DNA from: Euprymna scolopes
Lineage: Eukaryota
Assembly: GCA_053919585.1 (NCBI GenBank)
Contig: CM132785.1
Direction: 5' to 3' (one strand)
DNA length: 64,000 bases
Part shown: one piece after another, positions 38,030 to 51,409 of the stretch
Numbering within the stretch: the stretch's first letter is position 1
How the letters are laid out: every line of letters starts with the position of its first letter
The notes under the pieces: model-generated
Seen by the model: the letters and a program-made list of their open reading frames with translations, nothing else
Databases searched by the model: none
What the model was told of the DNA's origin: nothing
Program-made: the position numbers and the translations under genes

Positions 38030-39851
38030 TATGCACAGATGAATCAAAATCCAATGTGTAGTCTACTTGTAGGTTGTTTATATCTTCGATAAAACACGTT
38101 GTCAAATACCTCAGCAAAAGCAGCCCTCGCAGCAACAAGCCATTTGAATTCCACCAAGGTCAATACGGTATATGCTGATTGGCATATCACATAGGATCAG
38201 TGAATTCTAACGCAAGAGGTCTTTCTATATCCAAAGTCATTTAAAGGATTTGCAAAAAACTTCTTGACTGGAATATCTGAAAATAGTTTTCTCTTTGACA
38301 GGTTTATATAATTCGTCATTAGTTTATTGCAGAGATTGACGCTTATTATTCTCTTCTCCAACATATCTTGTATATTTATATAGAATTCGATGATGGTACC
38401 TACACCCATTGTTGATATTCCCTCTTCTTGACGTATTCAAATCAAATGCCTTCAAAATATTACATTATTTTCGTTATTCCGTTACTCCTACAATTATTTT
38501 TGAAAATTACCATCGCTATCGATTCTTTTTTACAAATTCCAGAAATAAAACTTGTAAAGCAATAACAAATTATGCATGCAATATTATTAACTGTTAACTG
38601 TTAAATGTTAACAGAAATATGAGGTATGAATTATTGCATAATAATTGAAAGAAACAGATTTTGCGTGCAAATTCTTGCGCTTACATATACAAGTGGGGAG
38701 GAAAAGCGGCCATCTCTATAAAGCATCGTTGCCATAAATCNNNNNNNNNNNNNNNNNNNNNNNNNNNNNNNNNNNNNNNNNNNNNNNNNNNNNNNNNNNN
38801 NNNNNNNNNNNNNNNNNNNNNNNNNNNNNNNNNNNNNNNNNNNNNNNNNNNNNNNNNNNNNNNNNNNNNNNNATATNNNNNNNNNNNNNNNNNNNNNNNN
38901 NNNNNNNNNNNNNNNNNNNNNNNNNNNNNNNNNNNNNNNNNNNNNNNNNNNNNNNNNNNNNNNNNNNNNNNNNNNNNNNNNNNNNNNNNNNNNNNNNNNN
39001 NNNNNNNNNNNNNNNNTGTGTTTATTAAGACAAGCATTGTTGAAAACCACGAAGTGTTTCTGTTTAATCGCCTTTTTTTTGTAATTTGTTCATTTTCCTT
39101 ATAATCCTGCAAATACCGCGGCCATAGTCGTATTTCTCCATCGTTTGTTTCCTTTGCGAGTATTTCAACTGATTTTCTCCAGTGGTCTTGACTGAGTTTT
39201 TTTTAATTACTGTTTCGTATAAAATCTGGAGGCTTTTATATACTTCAGTTCAAATTAAATTAACATTACTCGAAATATGGAAGCGTCTTGTGTGCACTGG
39301 AAAGTACTTTACGTCTCTCTACAGTAACGTAATGCACAATAGCTTATAGCCTACATTGCAGAATTAAATATCTACTGTTGATTTTTTTATTTTATTTCAT
39401 CTAATAGTTTCAATTATAGTTTTAAAAGCGACGTCAAGTATCATGGGTTGAATGTGCCTAAAAATTACCCAATTGTTTGCATTACTTAAGAAACTCCTGT
39501 GATGTCATACGTCGGGGCTTTTTGCGTGTGCGATGATAAAACCTCTAAAATATATAACATTGTTAATTTTGCCATCTGGTCTTTATTTTTTGTTCAATAT
39601 TTCCATAGATTTCAGATGCATTCCAGTAAAAAAAGAAACATATCTAAGTACATTCACCAAACATGAAATACATTTACGAAAATTTTAGAAANNNNNNNNN
39701 NNNNNNNNNNNNNNNNNNNNNNNNNNNNNNNNNNNNNNNNNNNNNNNNNNNNNNNNNNNNNNNNNNNNNNNNNNNNNNNNNNNNNNNNNNNNNNNNNNNN
39801 NNNNNNNNNNNNNNNNNNNNNNNNNNNNNNNNNNNNNNNNNNNNNNNNNNN

Positions 39852-41600
39852 TAAAGGCCAGGAAGCCACTCAGCGATAAGCGTTATTGCAAGTACATTAC
39901 GTTAGTGTGGAGATTTGATGAAGTGTTTACTTAAGGGGGCGGTTCATTAGGAATTTGTTAACGTTGGACTTGAACACCTCCAAGTTGTAGTCCGGTGGGA
40001 GGCAGGCAGACGGAACAGAGTTCCACAGGCGTGCAGTTCTAAGAAAGAAGCTTTGTTCATGGAATCCACGTTTTGATTTAGGTAAAGATAAAGAGTGGGG
40101 AAAATTTTTCACAGTGGATTCAGCTAGACGGGTGTTTTTCGTGAAAGATTGGCGAGGGGGCACCAGAGATTGGAGTTCCGACGAGGACCTGCCATGGACA
40201 TAGCGATAAAACAAAGATAGGCTTGCAACGTCTCTTCTGTGTGAGAGTGGTGGCAGGGTAGAGAAAAGGTCATCCCCCACTAAGCCACGAAGTCTATTTT
40301 GTACTCTGTCAAGGCAGGATAGGCTATTTTTAGCAGCTCCTGTCCAGATATGGCAACAGTATTCCATCCTTAGACGTACTTGGCTTTTATATAGATAGAG
40401 AATTGCATCGGTAGTGAGATATCTTCTAGAGCGGTAAAAGGATCCCGCCATCTTTCCAGCGACCTTGGCAACCGACTTGATGTACGTGTTCCATTTAAGA
40501 TCAGGAGTAAAGGTCAAATCCAGAAGCTTGACAAACCACGGGCCTCACGCAGACGAGAGCCATCCATCACAATTGATGCCAGCTGGGGATCAGAGCGTTG
40601 ATGATGTAAGGATAGGCGTTTGGTTTTGGATGCATTAAAGGTAACCAGCCACGTCTTCCCCCACTGAACCACGCGCTCGAGATCAGAGGAGAGAGAATCA
40701 GAGAGAACTTTGCCATTTACAGCCTTTGATGTGTTGCCGTAGATGTTCGTGTCATCAGCATAAATGTCAACGAATGATTTAAGTGTGTGTTAAGGGAGGT
40801 CATTGATGTAGATCAGGAAGAGAGTTGGGCCCAGGATTGAGCCTTGAGGGACTCCAGCATTTATATTGCAGGCCTCCGATTTTTGTTGATCAACCACTAC
40901 TCTTATGATCCTATAGGAGAGAAATTATTTAATAATTGAGAAATCATTTCCAGTTATACCGTAGCTGGAAATCTTGTGAAGTAGACCCTTATGCCATTCC
41001 TTGTCGAAGTCCTTTGATATTTCAAGTGCAATTGCCCCAAAAAGGAAGCCTTTGTCAAGAGATTGACTAATCCTGTGGGTTATAACCGTCAGCACATCTG
41101 CGGTAGATCTTTCAGAGGGGAAACCATATTGTGTGTCACTAAGAAGGTTGTTTCTGCTGAGATGGTTGACTATTTCTCTATTTAATATGGATTCAAGCAA
41201 CTTACTCATAACACACAGGAGACTTATTGGTTTGTACTGTGACGGAGATGACTTATCACCTGAATTCTTAAATACAGGGCAAACTGATGAGATCTTCCAG
41301 GGAGTCAGAAAGCGCTTCTCCTTAAGGTAGCGCTTATATAGTTTCGTAAGTTTGGGAGCGAGTTCTGGTTGAAGCTTTTTTAACACTATAATTGGGATGC
41401 CATCAGGGCCAGTTGCTTTACTGGAATCAAGATTCTCGATTAGCTTTTCGACCTCATGCACGGATATTTGTATGTTACCTAGCATGTTCTGTGTTATAGG
41501 AGGAAATATGGGGAGTTGATGGCCTTCGTCGCATAGGGTAGAATTAGCTGCAAAGTTCTTTGCAAATAGTTTTGCCTTGTCTGACGCTGACGAGATGACC
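39852..41600 (-). mobile_element. CR1-clade LINE family A, 5'-truncated, best-preserved A copy
   Basis: [54 protein letters not shown]; 3' end runs into a gap. Confidence 0.95.
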
Positions 41601-42735
41601 TTAGTCACACCCGCACAGACAAGCAGCAACACAGATACACATCTGTTATATATCAGCATTAGCAGAGAGATCCGGCATTGAGGGATTAAATGCTTCACCC
41701 GGACAGAAATTCATTGTCATCAAAATCAGTGAAATCGCCTATTTTAAATCAAATCGCTCTAGTAAATAAAGCATCACCGCAGTGAATTGCGAGCAAGTTT
41801 CACATCCCTCCCCGCAGTGATTTACGCCAACATACTCTGTAGTCTACTCTGCACTGTATAGAATCCACTGATGATTTTCTGAATGCAAGACTAAAGTATA
41901 ATAGTTTAATTGTGTAATAAACAGAAGAAATTATCTCCAACGCGTCGATATCATCAAAGAAAAATCTGTTGATTTTATTCAATCGTTTTTAACTTAATCA
42001 TTTGAGTTAAAGTTTAATGTGCAATACTTACGTATCATGGTTCATTTATTCTATGAAAGGTAATATTTATTTATCCTTCGCCACTGTCTTATAAAATAAT
42101 CTACAGTTTATTTATAGACTGACGTTTTCCTGTGCGTTGATAAAATTCTACTGGTGTCAGGTTGGTAAATGTCTGAAGATTGGTCATAAGAGGACAGTTT
42201 AATTGAATGTTTTTATATTTTACGTTTTCATAAAAGATGTGATGCGATTTCCATTCGATGCTACATACAAACAATTATTTTGTACATGATAAACATGTGC
42301 GTTCATTAAGTTGTCCATGTCGGGCATCTGGGGTGCTATTCAAAACACACTTCTGTAAACCATTTTTCGTATTTTTTATTTTTTTTGTTTTAGTCTCAAT
42401 TTTCAATTATTTCCCTATTACTTGTCTTTTTCTATGTTTTTTTTTATAATTTTTATTACTACATTCATGAGTATTAATTCTAATATTCATTTTAATTTGT
42501 TTTGAGTTATTAAAGTATAGTTAAGTCTTTTGTTTCAATGCAGGTCACTCTCATACGGTATACACGTATTACTATATATAATAAACTGATAATGAGTTTA
42601 TAGCAAATTCGCGTAATCAAAATATATTAATGATTTAATATGTACATATATATATTATATTAAATAATAAATATATTTCTATATAATTATGATTCAATAT
42701 AATATATATATATGTAATTTCCACTATACTAATTG

Positions 42736-42781
<46 letters not shown>

Positions 42782-43310
42782 TTTAAAAATATTAAGAGGA
42801 ATGAGTAGGCAGTAAAACTCTAAAATAATTTGCTAATATTTAATTTTTTTATGATTGAAAAACAAAAAAAATGTGTTTCTTTTTATCACAAATAGGTTTA
42901 TGCCATTTCACTAAAACACATATTATAATTTATCCTAACAAGAGTTATAAATCCTCTTATTTTAATAAAAGAAACAATTTTTCGTGACATAAATATTTAT
43001 TTAATTATTTCCCCCAATTTCGAATACTTGCGTTATTTGCTCTAGAATTTCTCCCGAAAAATTATGACAACCCTGACATGTCATCATCATTTTATCAGTA
43101 ATGTTATAACAATAGCATTTTTTCCTTGTTTTGATTCTAGTGATATGTTACATGTTTGTATGGAGAGCCGTGGGTTCTTGGTTTATTAATTGTATCTAAC
43201 TGTGTCGGATATATGATCAACATGAAAAGCAACAAGGAGAATACGCTGTAGTCATAGCCTTATTTATCAGTAGTTTTGCTTTATATACAAATCTTTATGT
43301 CGACAAAATA

Positions 43311-44580
43311 TTCGGTTGAAAAAAAGTACTTGCGGTTTTCAACTTTTACATCTAGATGAGCATATACCTGCTAAAAAATAATGATCAACGTAAAACCCCT
43401 ACACATCAATGTAAATTTGCTAATGTAAAACATGTGTGTTTGTACTAGTAACGTAAGCAATCTAGCGTACTAGTGGCGATGAAGTCGCTGAAGGGATTTT
43501 TGATATCGTTAGGTTTTTATTTTTCACGCAGAATGCTTCCTGATGCGTGTAAACAGGGTAATCGGTAGGGTAGAGGTCTGGAGAGTATGGCGAATGAGGC
43601 AGGATTTTGTAGCCTAATACGACCAGCTTCTTCAATGTCGATTAAGCCAAGTGGGGTCGGGCATTGTCGTGGAAAAGAATAGGGTCTTTTCTGTTGACTA
43701 ATGCTGGGGCTTGTTGTCAGGGTGTCTGATACATTTCATCGTTCTTTACAGTACTTCCCTTCGTTTGGTGTCGCCTGCTTTAAAATTATGAAATAGATGA
43801 GACTAGTCGCCGACCATCAAATAGTTCGCATGACGTTCTTTTGGATTAACTCTAACTTCGAGAAATATCATAGAGCGTTGTCGGCGTCCAGCTACTGATC
43901 CGAGGATTGGTTCTTGTATCAAAACACCCACCTTTCATCGCACATCCCAACCCGGTCGAGAGACCGGTCGTTTCTCTTGTGTTTAAGAAGTGAAAATGAT
44001 AATATATAACGACGTTTCTTTTGACTTTCGTTCAGTTAGTGAGGCAGATATTTTATAAAATTATTTTTTCACCGTAATCCTTCTGAATTGGATCGAAATC
44101 GTCGCATAATTTACATCTAATTAACAAGCAAGTTCTCGAAAAATTGCTCTTATATTGTCGTAAATTAATACTTCTTAACTGATTGATTTCAACATACGAT
44201 TACCGATAACTATGCTCTCATCTACTAGTCTTGTCTCCGCCATGAAATTCCTGAAACGACCATTATGATGTTAGTTCACTGGTTGTTGCTTGGTCAGACG
44301 CTACTGTAATATCACGAGTTGTCGGTACTGCTTTTCGGTCTTGGTTGAACTACTAATAAATATGTGTGAATTATTTTTTTACCTCTTGTATTCAACATTC
44401 TGAAAAAATAATAACTATTTAAAAACAATCGTATTTTAATCGGTAATACATAGCGAAAAACCCTCCTCAAAATGATATATGAAGTAAAGATATAATATCG
44501 AAGACTCAAAGGAAAATCAATCATTTTAAAGCAAAATCAAAAACTCCTGACAGAAAATGCAAGAATTATTTTTATAATCG
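43311..44580 (-). mobile_element. Old mariner, cecropia/Hsmar1-like, absent from the ORF track
   Basis: TIR TA|TTCGGTTGAAAAAAAGTACTTGCGGTTTTC at 43311 with a weak partner at 44553-44580. Minus-strand peptides LDRVGMCDERW (~43930-43960), LVNRKDPILFHDNARP (~43655-43700) and ILPHSPYSPDLYPTDY (~43558-43608). Confidence 0.82.
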
Positions 44581-45390
44581 TCAAAAACTGAAAATCCAGT
44601 ATCGGTGATGTTGCTGTTATATTGTATTATCCACAGTGCGTTTTCAATAGTGTTTACATCATGTTAATTGTACTGCCTCATATCAATTCTTAAACAGAAG
44701 GAATTCCAGGCGAGTTATATCCGTTGAATCCTTTTACGATCACAGTAATTTTACATATATATTTCAAACAGCAGAAACCGTTCTTACTTCCAGACGTTTT
44801 ACAGCAGCGATTTTTTGTCCATTTTTTACATCGATCTGCAATAAAAAGAAAAGTAAAATCATGGGATATGCGGAGTGATATAATGCTGGTCAATAGTATT
44901 TTCGGTGAATAAACGCCAATATGAAGATCAATAGGACACACTGGAACTCAGAAGTATAAACCGGTTACGTAGATAGTCAAACATTTCGATAAGCCCAAAT
45001 TCAGCTCCAAAAGATGTGTATATTTGTAATAAACTGTTTGCGTAATACAAAATTGAAGATTTTTCTCAGGTATTTTTACATGCAAATAGAACACAAAATA
45101 TACGCTACAGTATAAGATAAGCTCATCATTAAATATAGTTTAGAATCCGGTATATGTATGAAAATGTATAATGGCATATCAAATGCATTAAAGGCTATAC
45201 AGATTTGCTTCTATGAAATTGCTACTGCAAAGAACTGCTTACAACAATATCAGTCCAAGAATACAATCAGTGACGCATCTTTATGTGGCACCATTTGTTT
45301 AGTTGCAACTTTATACATAGTTACATAGATATCCTTGCTGTCGTGTAGAAGTTGGGCAATATTTTCCCCAGGAATCTATTTCTACAGCCC

Positions 45391-45394
<4 letters not shown>

Positions 45395-45463
<69 letters not shown>
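45395..45463. repeat. (GT)n microsatellite
   Basis: Direct reading. Confidence 0.95.
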
Positions 45464-45467
<4 letters not shown>

Positions 45468-45559
45468 GGGGCTTAGCATATTTGGGTTTAGCTAAAGGAG
45501 GAAGATCCATAGGCATATGAAATTCATAAGCGGTTTCCAGTTGCATGTATAAGAATGTG

Positions 45560-46850
45560 GAAGCCGAATAAAAGTTGACTATCAAAGATTAATAAACGAA
45601 CTATGGATGATTTAGAAACTGGTTGCAAAATCTGGAAACGCTAATAAGCAGAAGCAATAATTTCACCCGGGGTATCTGAATGGGATTCGATAAGGACAAA
45701 TACGCATTCGGAGTATGAGAAGAGGAACACTTACAGCAACGAGAAGCATGGAATTACTACCGAAACGGAGGCGAGTGTACTGTGTAAACAAGACAGCCAC
45801 AAATAATTGGGAGTTACCGGAGCAGATAGAAACAAACAAACTTAAATAAAAGAGAAATTTAAAATAAAAAAATTCAGAAGTACAACAGCATGCCTTGAAA
45901 CTAACATATTGAAGGGATCTAATAAAACGCATACACCGATAAGCAGCATCATTATTCAGTTACTCTGGACCGTTTCAGGATAGACCAAATATAGACATGA
46001 AACATAATTACTAATCGCTATGAACAATGCATTATACCTAAAGACTGATGCTGTCTTACTCTATGTGAAAAGAAAATAGGGTAAAATACGACTGTTTCGT
46101 ACAAAATACTGTGTAAAATATCAGAGAAAATTAGCATAATACAGGAGAGCGAAAGAATAATAACTGCATAAAATACATTGAATAAACAAACAACAGAAGA
46201 AAAGGGGGTATAGCTGAGGTGAAAATGCTAAGAGAAACAGTTAAATGGAAGAATTATAAACGCGGTAAAAGAAGAGAATTAAACGAAAACATATAGACAT
46301 GACTGCAAAAAGGTAACCTAGAGAGATAAATAGTATAGCTAATAACCACCTACTATTAAGGATCAACACGTAACAAAATACAGTAAATGCAGACTTTGTA
46401 GACAAGTGTACGAAACAATAAAGATCATAACAATCGAATGCATTAAACTAGCTCAAATAAGAATATAAAAGATATAGAAACTTAAGGATAGAAGAAGGCA
46501 GTACAATAGAAAGTATGCAGAAACTGCATCGTAAAGAAAAAGCTAAATTCTACAAGCACGAACCGGAAATTGTATTTGAAAATGATGTCACAGAATCCTT
46601 TGGCAAATAAATATACAAAAAGGTATAGCAATGCAAGCAAGAAAACAAAAAGGATATTATAATGGTTACCAAAAGGGATAAGCCTATATAGGCCGTAGAT
46701 TTTACCGTTCGAACAAGTTACATATGGACATATTGAGAACGGACAAGCCCACCTTACATATGCAACTGCCCAGAAAGCTTTAATTTATATGAAGATGAAA
46801 ATAAATTAATAATTGAACCTTAAGAAAAAATGCATTACACACTTGGAAAA
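45560..46850 (+). mobile_element. R4/Dong-like RLE non-LTR retrotransposon, very decayed 3' half
   Basis: MDDL (~45603); zinc knuckle KCRLCRQVYETI...IECIKLA (~46385-46455); YKHEPEIVFEND; DIIMV...AVDFTV. Confidence 0.6.
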
Positions 46851-47994
46851 TTGGGATGAATATAGTTATGTTATATCCATTTGTTATCTCTGGAAGTTTC
46901 TATATGAACGTCTTCTGCCTGAAGATCATGTGTATTAGTTTCCCCATTTAAGGGATTTCTTAAATATGTCTGCTCAATTCATTATTTTGTTTGGTTGAAG
47001 GCTCTCACCCATTCCTTCTATATTCTAAACGCTATTGAAGCCAGATATGAAAAAAAGGAAATGATCATAAAGAAAAAACAGAATAGTTAAACTCCAGGAA
47101 AAATGAGTCATTCCAATTGTAGTAGAACTAGAAAATTAAATCAGCAAGGAAATTGCCAAGTCTACAAAATACGCATTCATTACAGAATACATGCACAGTT
47201 CTTATTTTCTATTGTAACTGTCTCCTTGATCTCGATACGCAATGTTGAGCATTTCCCTTCTCCACCCTCTTTCTGAAACGAACAATACGAAATATCCCTC
47301 ACTGATCGAAGCAAATGCAAAAATACTGCCCAAACCAAAAAACGACGTATTTTATATCCGCAGGGGCACAACATAATGCAAATGAGTACAAACCGGATTT
47401 CCTTTTCCATCACGCAGGCGCAGTGTAATTTGTGCATTAAACGTGAATGCGTTTGGCTCGTCATACATTATCTACCCTCCTCCCCCACCACATGTTCAAG
47501 GTCGTGCTGGTAATCTTCTGCGTATTCTCCGCCGCAGAGGTGATTCTGGGGTCTCTCTATTCTGTGTTTTCTGTAGGCCAGGTATTGTAATACACTCAAT
47601 ATAATCTGAAGTCTTATCTGCTCTGCCAGATTAAATGGCATTTGGTCGGTGTTACGAGGATTCTCCATATAGAGTGTGTTGTCGGCCAGGCAGAGTAATA
47701 CATGCAGTGTTATCTGAAATTTTATCATCTACATTACCAGAGAGGATGGTATATGTCCGGTCTAGTGTATCCTTCACATGGCGCGGGACACCATCAGCAC
47801 CAATGGCTTGCGGACTGATCACTTTCGTTACAGTTTCTTTCTTGGGACTTGTATGTGCATCGATTACATAGTAGTTTTATCCATACAGGGGCACCCAGAT
47901 TCCATAAGGCTTGTACGGAGGCTGGTAACGTGGGCACTGGATCGATGTTCTTCACTCTAATTGATCCCGTTGGTAGGTGCACTCAACGATAATG

Positions 47995-50900
47995 TAGGGG
48001 AAGTCGGGGTAAGTTGAGCCAATTTTCCATTTTGGCTCTTCAGAACCCAAACGACTAATTAATTTGCAAAGATGAGTGTATTATTATAAAATTCTTTTAT
48101 TTGGGAACATTTTGAAACAAGTTGCAGTTTTCTGGTAGTACACCTAAACCGACCATGTGCTTTACAAAAATGCATATCAAATGGCTCAACTTGCCCCGAC
48201 CATGGGGCAAGTTGATCCAACCTCTGGGGTAAGTTGTGCCACACAGGGGTAAGTTGTGCCACGCAAAAAATGTGTGGCAAATAAAGAAAGAACAAGCCCA
48301 AAATTGTTGCTGTGGTTATAAAACAAATTATAATAATGAAGTAGAAATGTTAATTACAGCGAATGAACCAGTACAAACTTTGAAACATATATCTGAAAGT
48401 AAGTTAATGAAGTTGCCACTGTGACAAGTCACAGCTGAAAACGAGCTGGCTAGAACAACGGACAGAACTGCCAACACTATTTGGCTGTGGCAGCTTGTAA
48501 ACAACATCATCTACATTGAAACCCGCTTCGTCCTTTGGGTTTGGAACAAACACAGGCTTGTCCGTTCCTACCTTCCCAGCAACTTTTTGAAGGAAAACAC
48601 CTTCAAACTCAAAGTCCTCCCTGTTAAGAGTGTCAACCCGGGCAATATAGTTCACGGTTCGTGATTTGCCAGCACATTTAACAACCACAAAGTCACCTTC
48701 GATTATTGGGCTATCCAGATCAATGTCACCATCACTATCTGATGACACATCATCAAATTCAAAATCTGAATCATCAGTGTCACTTGAACATGGGGTTTTA
48801 GATCTCGGGGGACATGATTTTTCCCACCAGCATTGAACAAACACTGTTTTGTTTTTGTTAATAGGATCCTCTTTCTATTTTCAGAAAGGGCTATCAGCTT
48901 CTGTCGTTCAGGGCTGTCAGTCAAAATCTTTGAGCTGTCCTTTTTGTGACCACCTCTTCTTGCCTTTCTTGGTGCTGCTTTCGGAAATGGCTGAATTACA
49001 GATGGTGAAATGTATGGACGATGCATGACATCATGTGAGCTAGATGAAACACAAGACCCAGATGCGGATGGTTGCATAAGATCATATTCTTGCTGTTTTT
49101 GTGGTCGGACATCATCACTGTGCATGGGCAAGACTGCTCCAGGAACCTCACCTGATGGTCCTGCATCTTCCACAGTAGAATTTGCCTCAAGGCTTTCTGC
49201 TGCCACATTTTGCTCACGGTCAGTTGGGAGAGAAGGAGAAAAGTCAATTTAACTAAAGATGTCCCGGTTAAATGGATGAATGCCCGAGGCTTGGAATCCA
49301 GCAGCAATGTTCAATGGTGCCATGGCAATCATCTGGGCTTGGTTCACTAGAGCTGGGATTTCATATATTGTTACTGTTTTCCCTGGATTGGACCGTAGCC
49401 ACCCATCCATGGCTCTGTTGTATGCTGTTTTGAAGGGTGCATACACTGACCGGTCGAGCGGCTGGAGACGATGGGAAGTGTGTGGTGGAATGATCAGTAA
49501 GACAACGCAATGAGATCTTGCTGTGTTCGCAACATTCAAAGAAATGTGTGTGTCATGGTTGTCGAGGATTAAGAGGATTTTCTTTCCTGGTGAGCACTGG
49601 TGTGCTTGATGATGTGATTTAAATATTCCACAAACACCTCTTCATTCATCCAGCCACTTCGTGTTGCCTTCCCTATGCACTGTGTTGATCCACCTCTGAT
49701 GAAGTGATCTCTGTAGTGGACTCTGGGAAAGATGAACAGAGGAGGCACGACTGATCCAATTGCACTCACAGTGTACACCACCGTTACCAATTCCCCACAT
49801 TCAGCGGAGGTGATTGAGCCAACTTGTTTCGTTCCTTTTTCTGTGACAACGGCTCCAGGGTTTTGAACGGTGGTGCACCCAGTCTCATCAGTGTTGTAAA
49901 TGTCACTTGGTGAGAACTTGTACTTGTCTATTATCTGACTCAAGTTGTTGAAAAATTTATCAACAACTGGGTGGATGTTGCTTCTGTGATTCTAATTGCC
50001 AGGTTCTGGCGCTTCTTGAAGCCTAACCACCAATCATATCCTGCTTTTTTCTCACGATCCCAACTTGGTGGCAGATTGAGAGTTTTTTTTAGCAAACTCA
50101 TATGCCAGTGTGCGACATCTTCTCAATGACAAACCATGAAACATGTCTGACAATTGTTTCACGTGGCCAGCCAAATCCCTTTCCATTTCAGGACTAAAAA
50201 CCAATTGCCATAAGGAAACATGTGTGTAAGCCGTCCCTGCTGGTTGACTGTCTTGTTTGTCCATGTACCGCTTCAGTGTCATTCGATCAATGTTAAAGTC
50301 TTCTGCAGCACTCCTCACACTCTGACCTCCAGTAACAGCGGCAGCAGCCCGTTCCATAACGTATGTAGGAGTTTGTCCACGATTTGTCTTTCGCACGTAG
50401 TGGCGCATGTCTGGTGGGCTTTTTTTCTGTGAAACACACAAAAAAGAAAAATGAAGTTAACACAATAAATCCGATAGTGATGTAGAATATTACTAGAGTG
50501 AACTAGTTGATTCAGTGGAGTTCCTGGCATAAGTCTGGAACATTGAACAATGAATGCCAGAACAGCTGGCATTTGTAGAGAGGCACCTGCCTCTCCTGGC
50601 ATGTTTAGCCAGGAGCCTCCAAATGGAATAACCCCCCATGCCTGACTAATTGTAGGCTAGTCCATAATGGTGGAGAGGGGGGGTAAGTGCATTCTTGATT
50701 CTACAATGACAATATTAATAATGTTAAAAATAATAATGATAATAGTAATAATAAAAATAATTAGTAGTATTAGAATAACAAAGCGCCTGTACAGCGTGCA
50801 AATTCCTCTCCAAGCACGGCTTACACATCTTAAACATTTACCAGGTAACCCATAGATCTAATTCTTATACAAGTAGAGCATGTAACTTATACAACATGCA

Positions 50901-51409
50901 TTTTGAATTCACTCTATAACAGGCCTACTGATGTGTTTGCACATTCATCTGTTTCTTGAAAACGTGTGAAAAGACATATGGGGCAAGTTGAGCCAGTGGC
51001 ACAACTTACCCCATTAGCATTGGCTCAACTTACCCCAGTCTGACCTCATTGAATTGTATGTTCAAATGGATGCATCTCATGTGTGGTGAATGTAAACATC
51101 TTTTACAGGTATGAAGGCAAGTAATTGAACAAACAACTACCACATATTATATCTAATCAAACTATTACTACACACAAGAAACATGAACTCACCTCTGTAA
51201 CGCTTTATTTTACTTTTTTGGCACGAAATGTGATTTTCTTTTACCGCATCAACCTCCGATATTGGTTCAGCAAAACTAAATGGTGGAGGTTAAAGTCACG
51301 TGATCAGTTGTTTATAGATTGCATACAAACTTCGATTGGCTTAGTCAATTATGGTTAAAAGGGGGTGGCTCAACTTACCCCTATGCTCAACTTACCCCGA
51401 CTTCCCCTA
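47995..51409 (-). mobile_element. pogo/Tigger-type DNA transposon, full length, frameshifted
   Basis: TIRs TAGGGGAAGTCGGGGTAAGTTGAGC / GCTCAACTTACCCCGACTTCCCCTA at a TA site inside the Gypsy integrase. Confidence 0.95.
48404..50409 (-). pseudogene. pogo transposase (psq-HTH, CENP-B HTH, DDE_1, C-terminal extra domain)
   Basis: MRHYVRKT...SVRSAAEDFNIDRMTL, FSPEMERDLA, IYNTDETG, PPLFIFPR, SGWM, LDNHDTH, PPHTSHRLQPLD; several frameshifts. Acceptor TTTCACAG (~50427) lies just 5' of the ATG. Confidence 0.9.

Noticed and set aside
38040-38420. Possible RTE-type LINE remnant
   Set aside because: Only vague peptide resemblance; no diagnostic motif.
41284-41315. CTGATGA...GAAA inside CR1
   Set aside because: Antisense of LINE coding sequence (ISSV); stems do not form.
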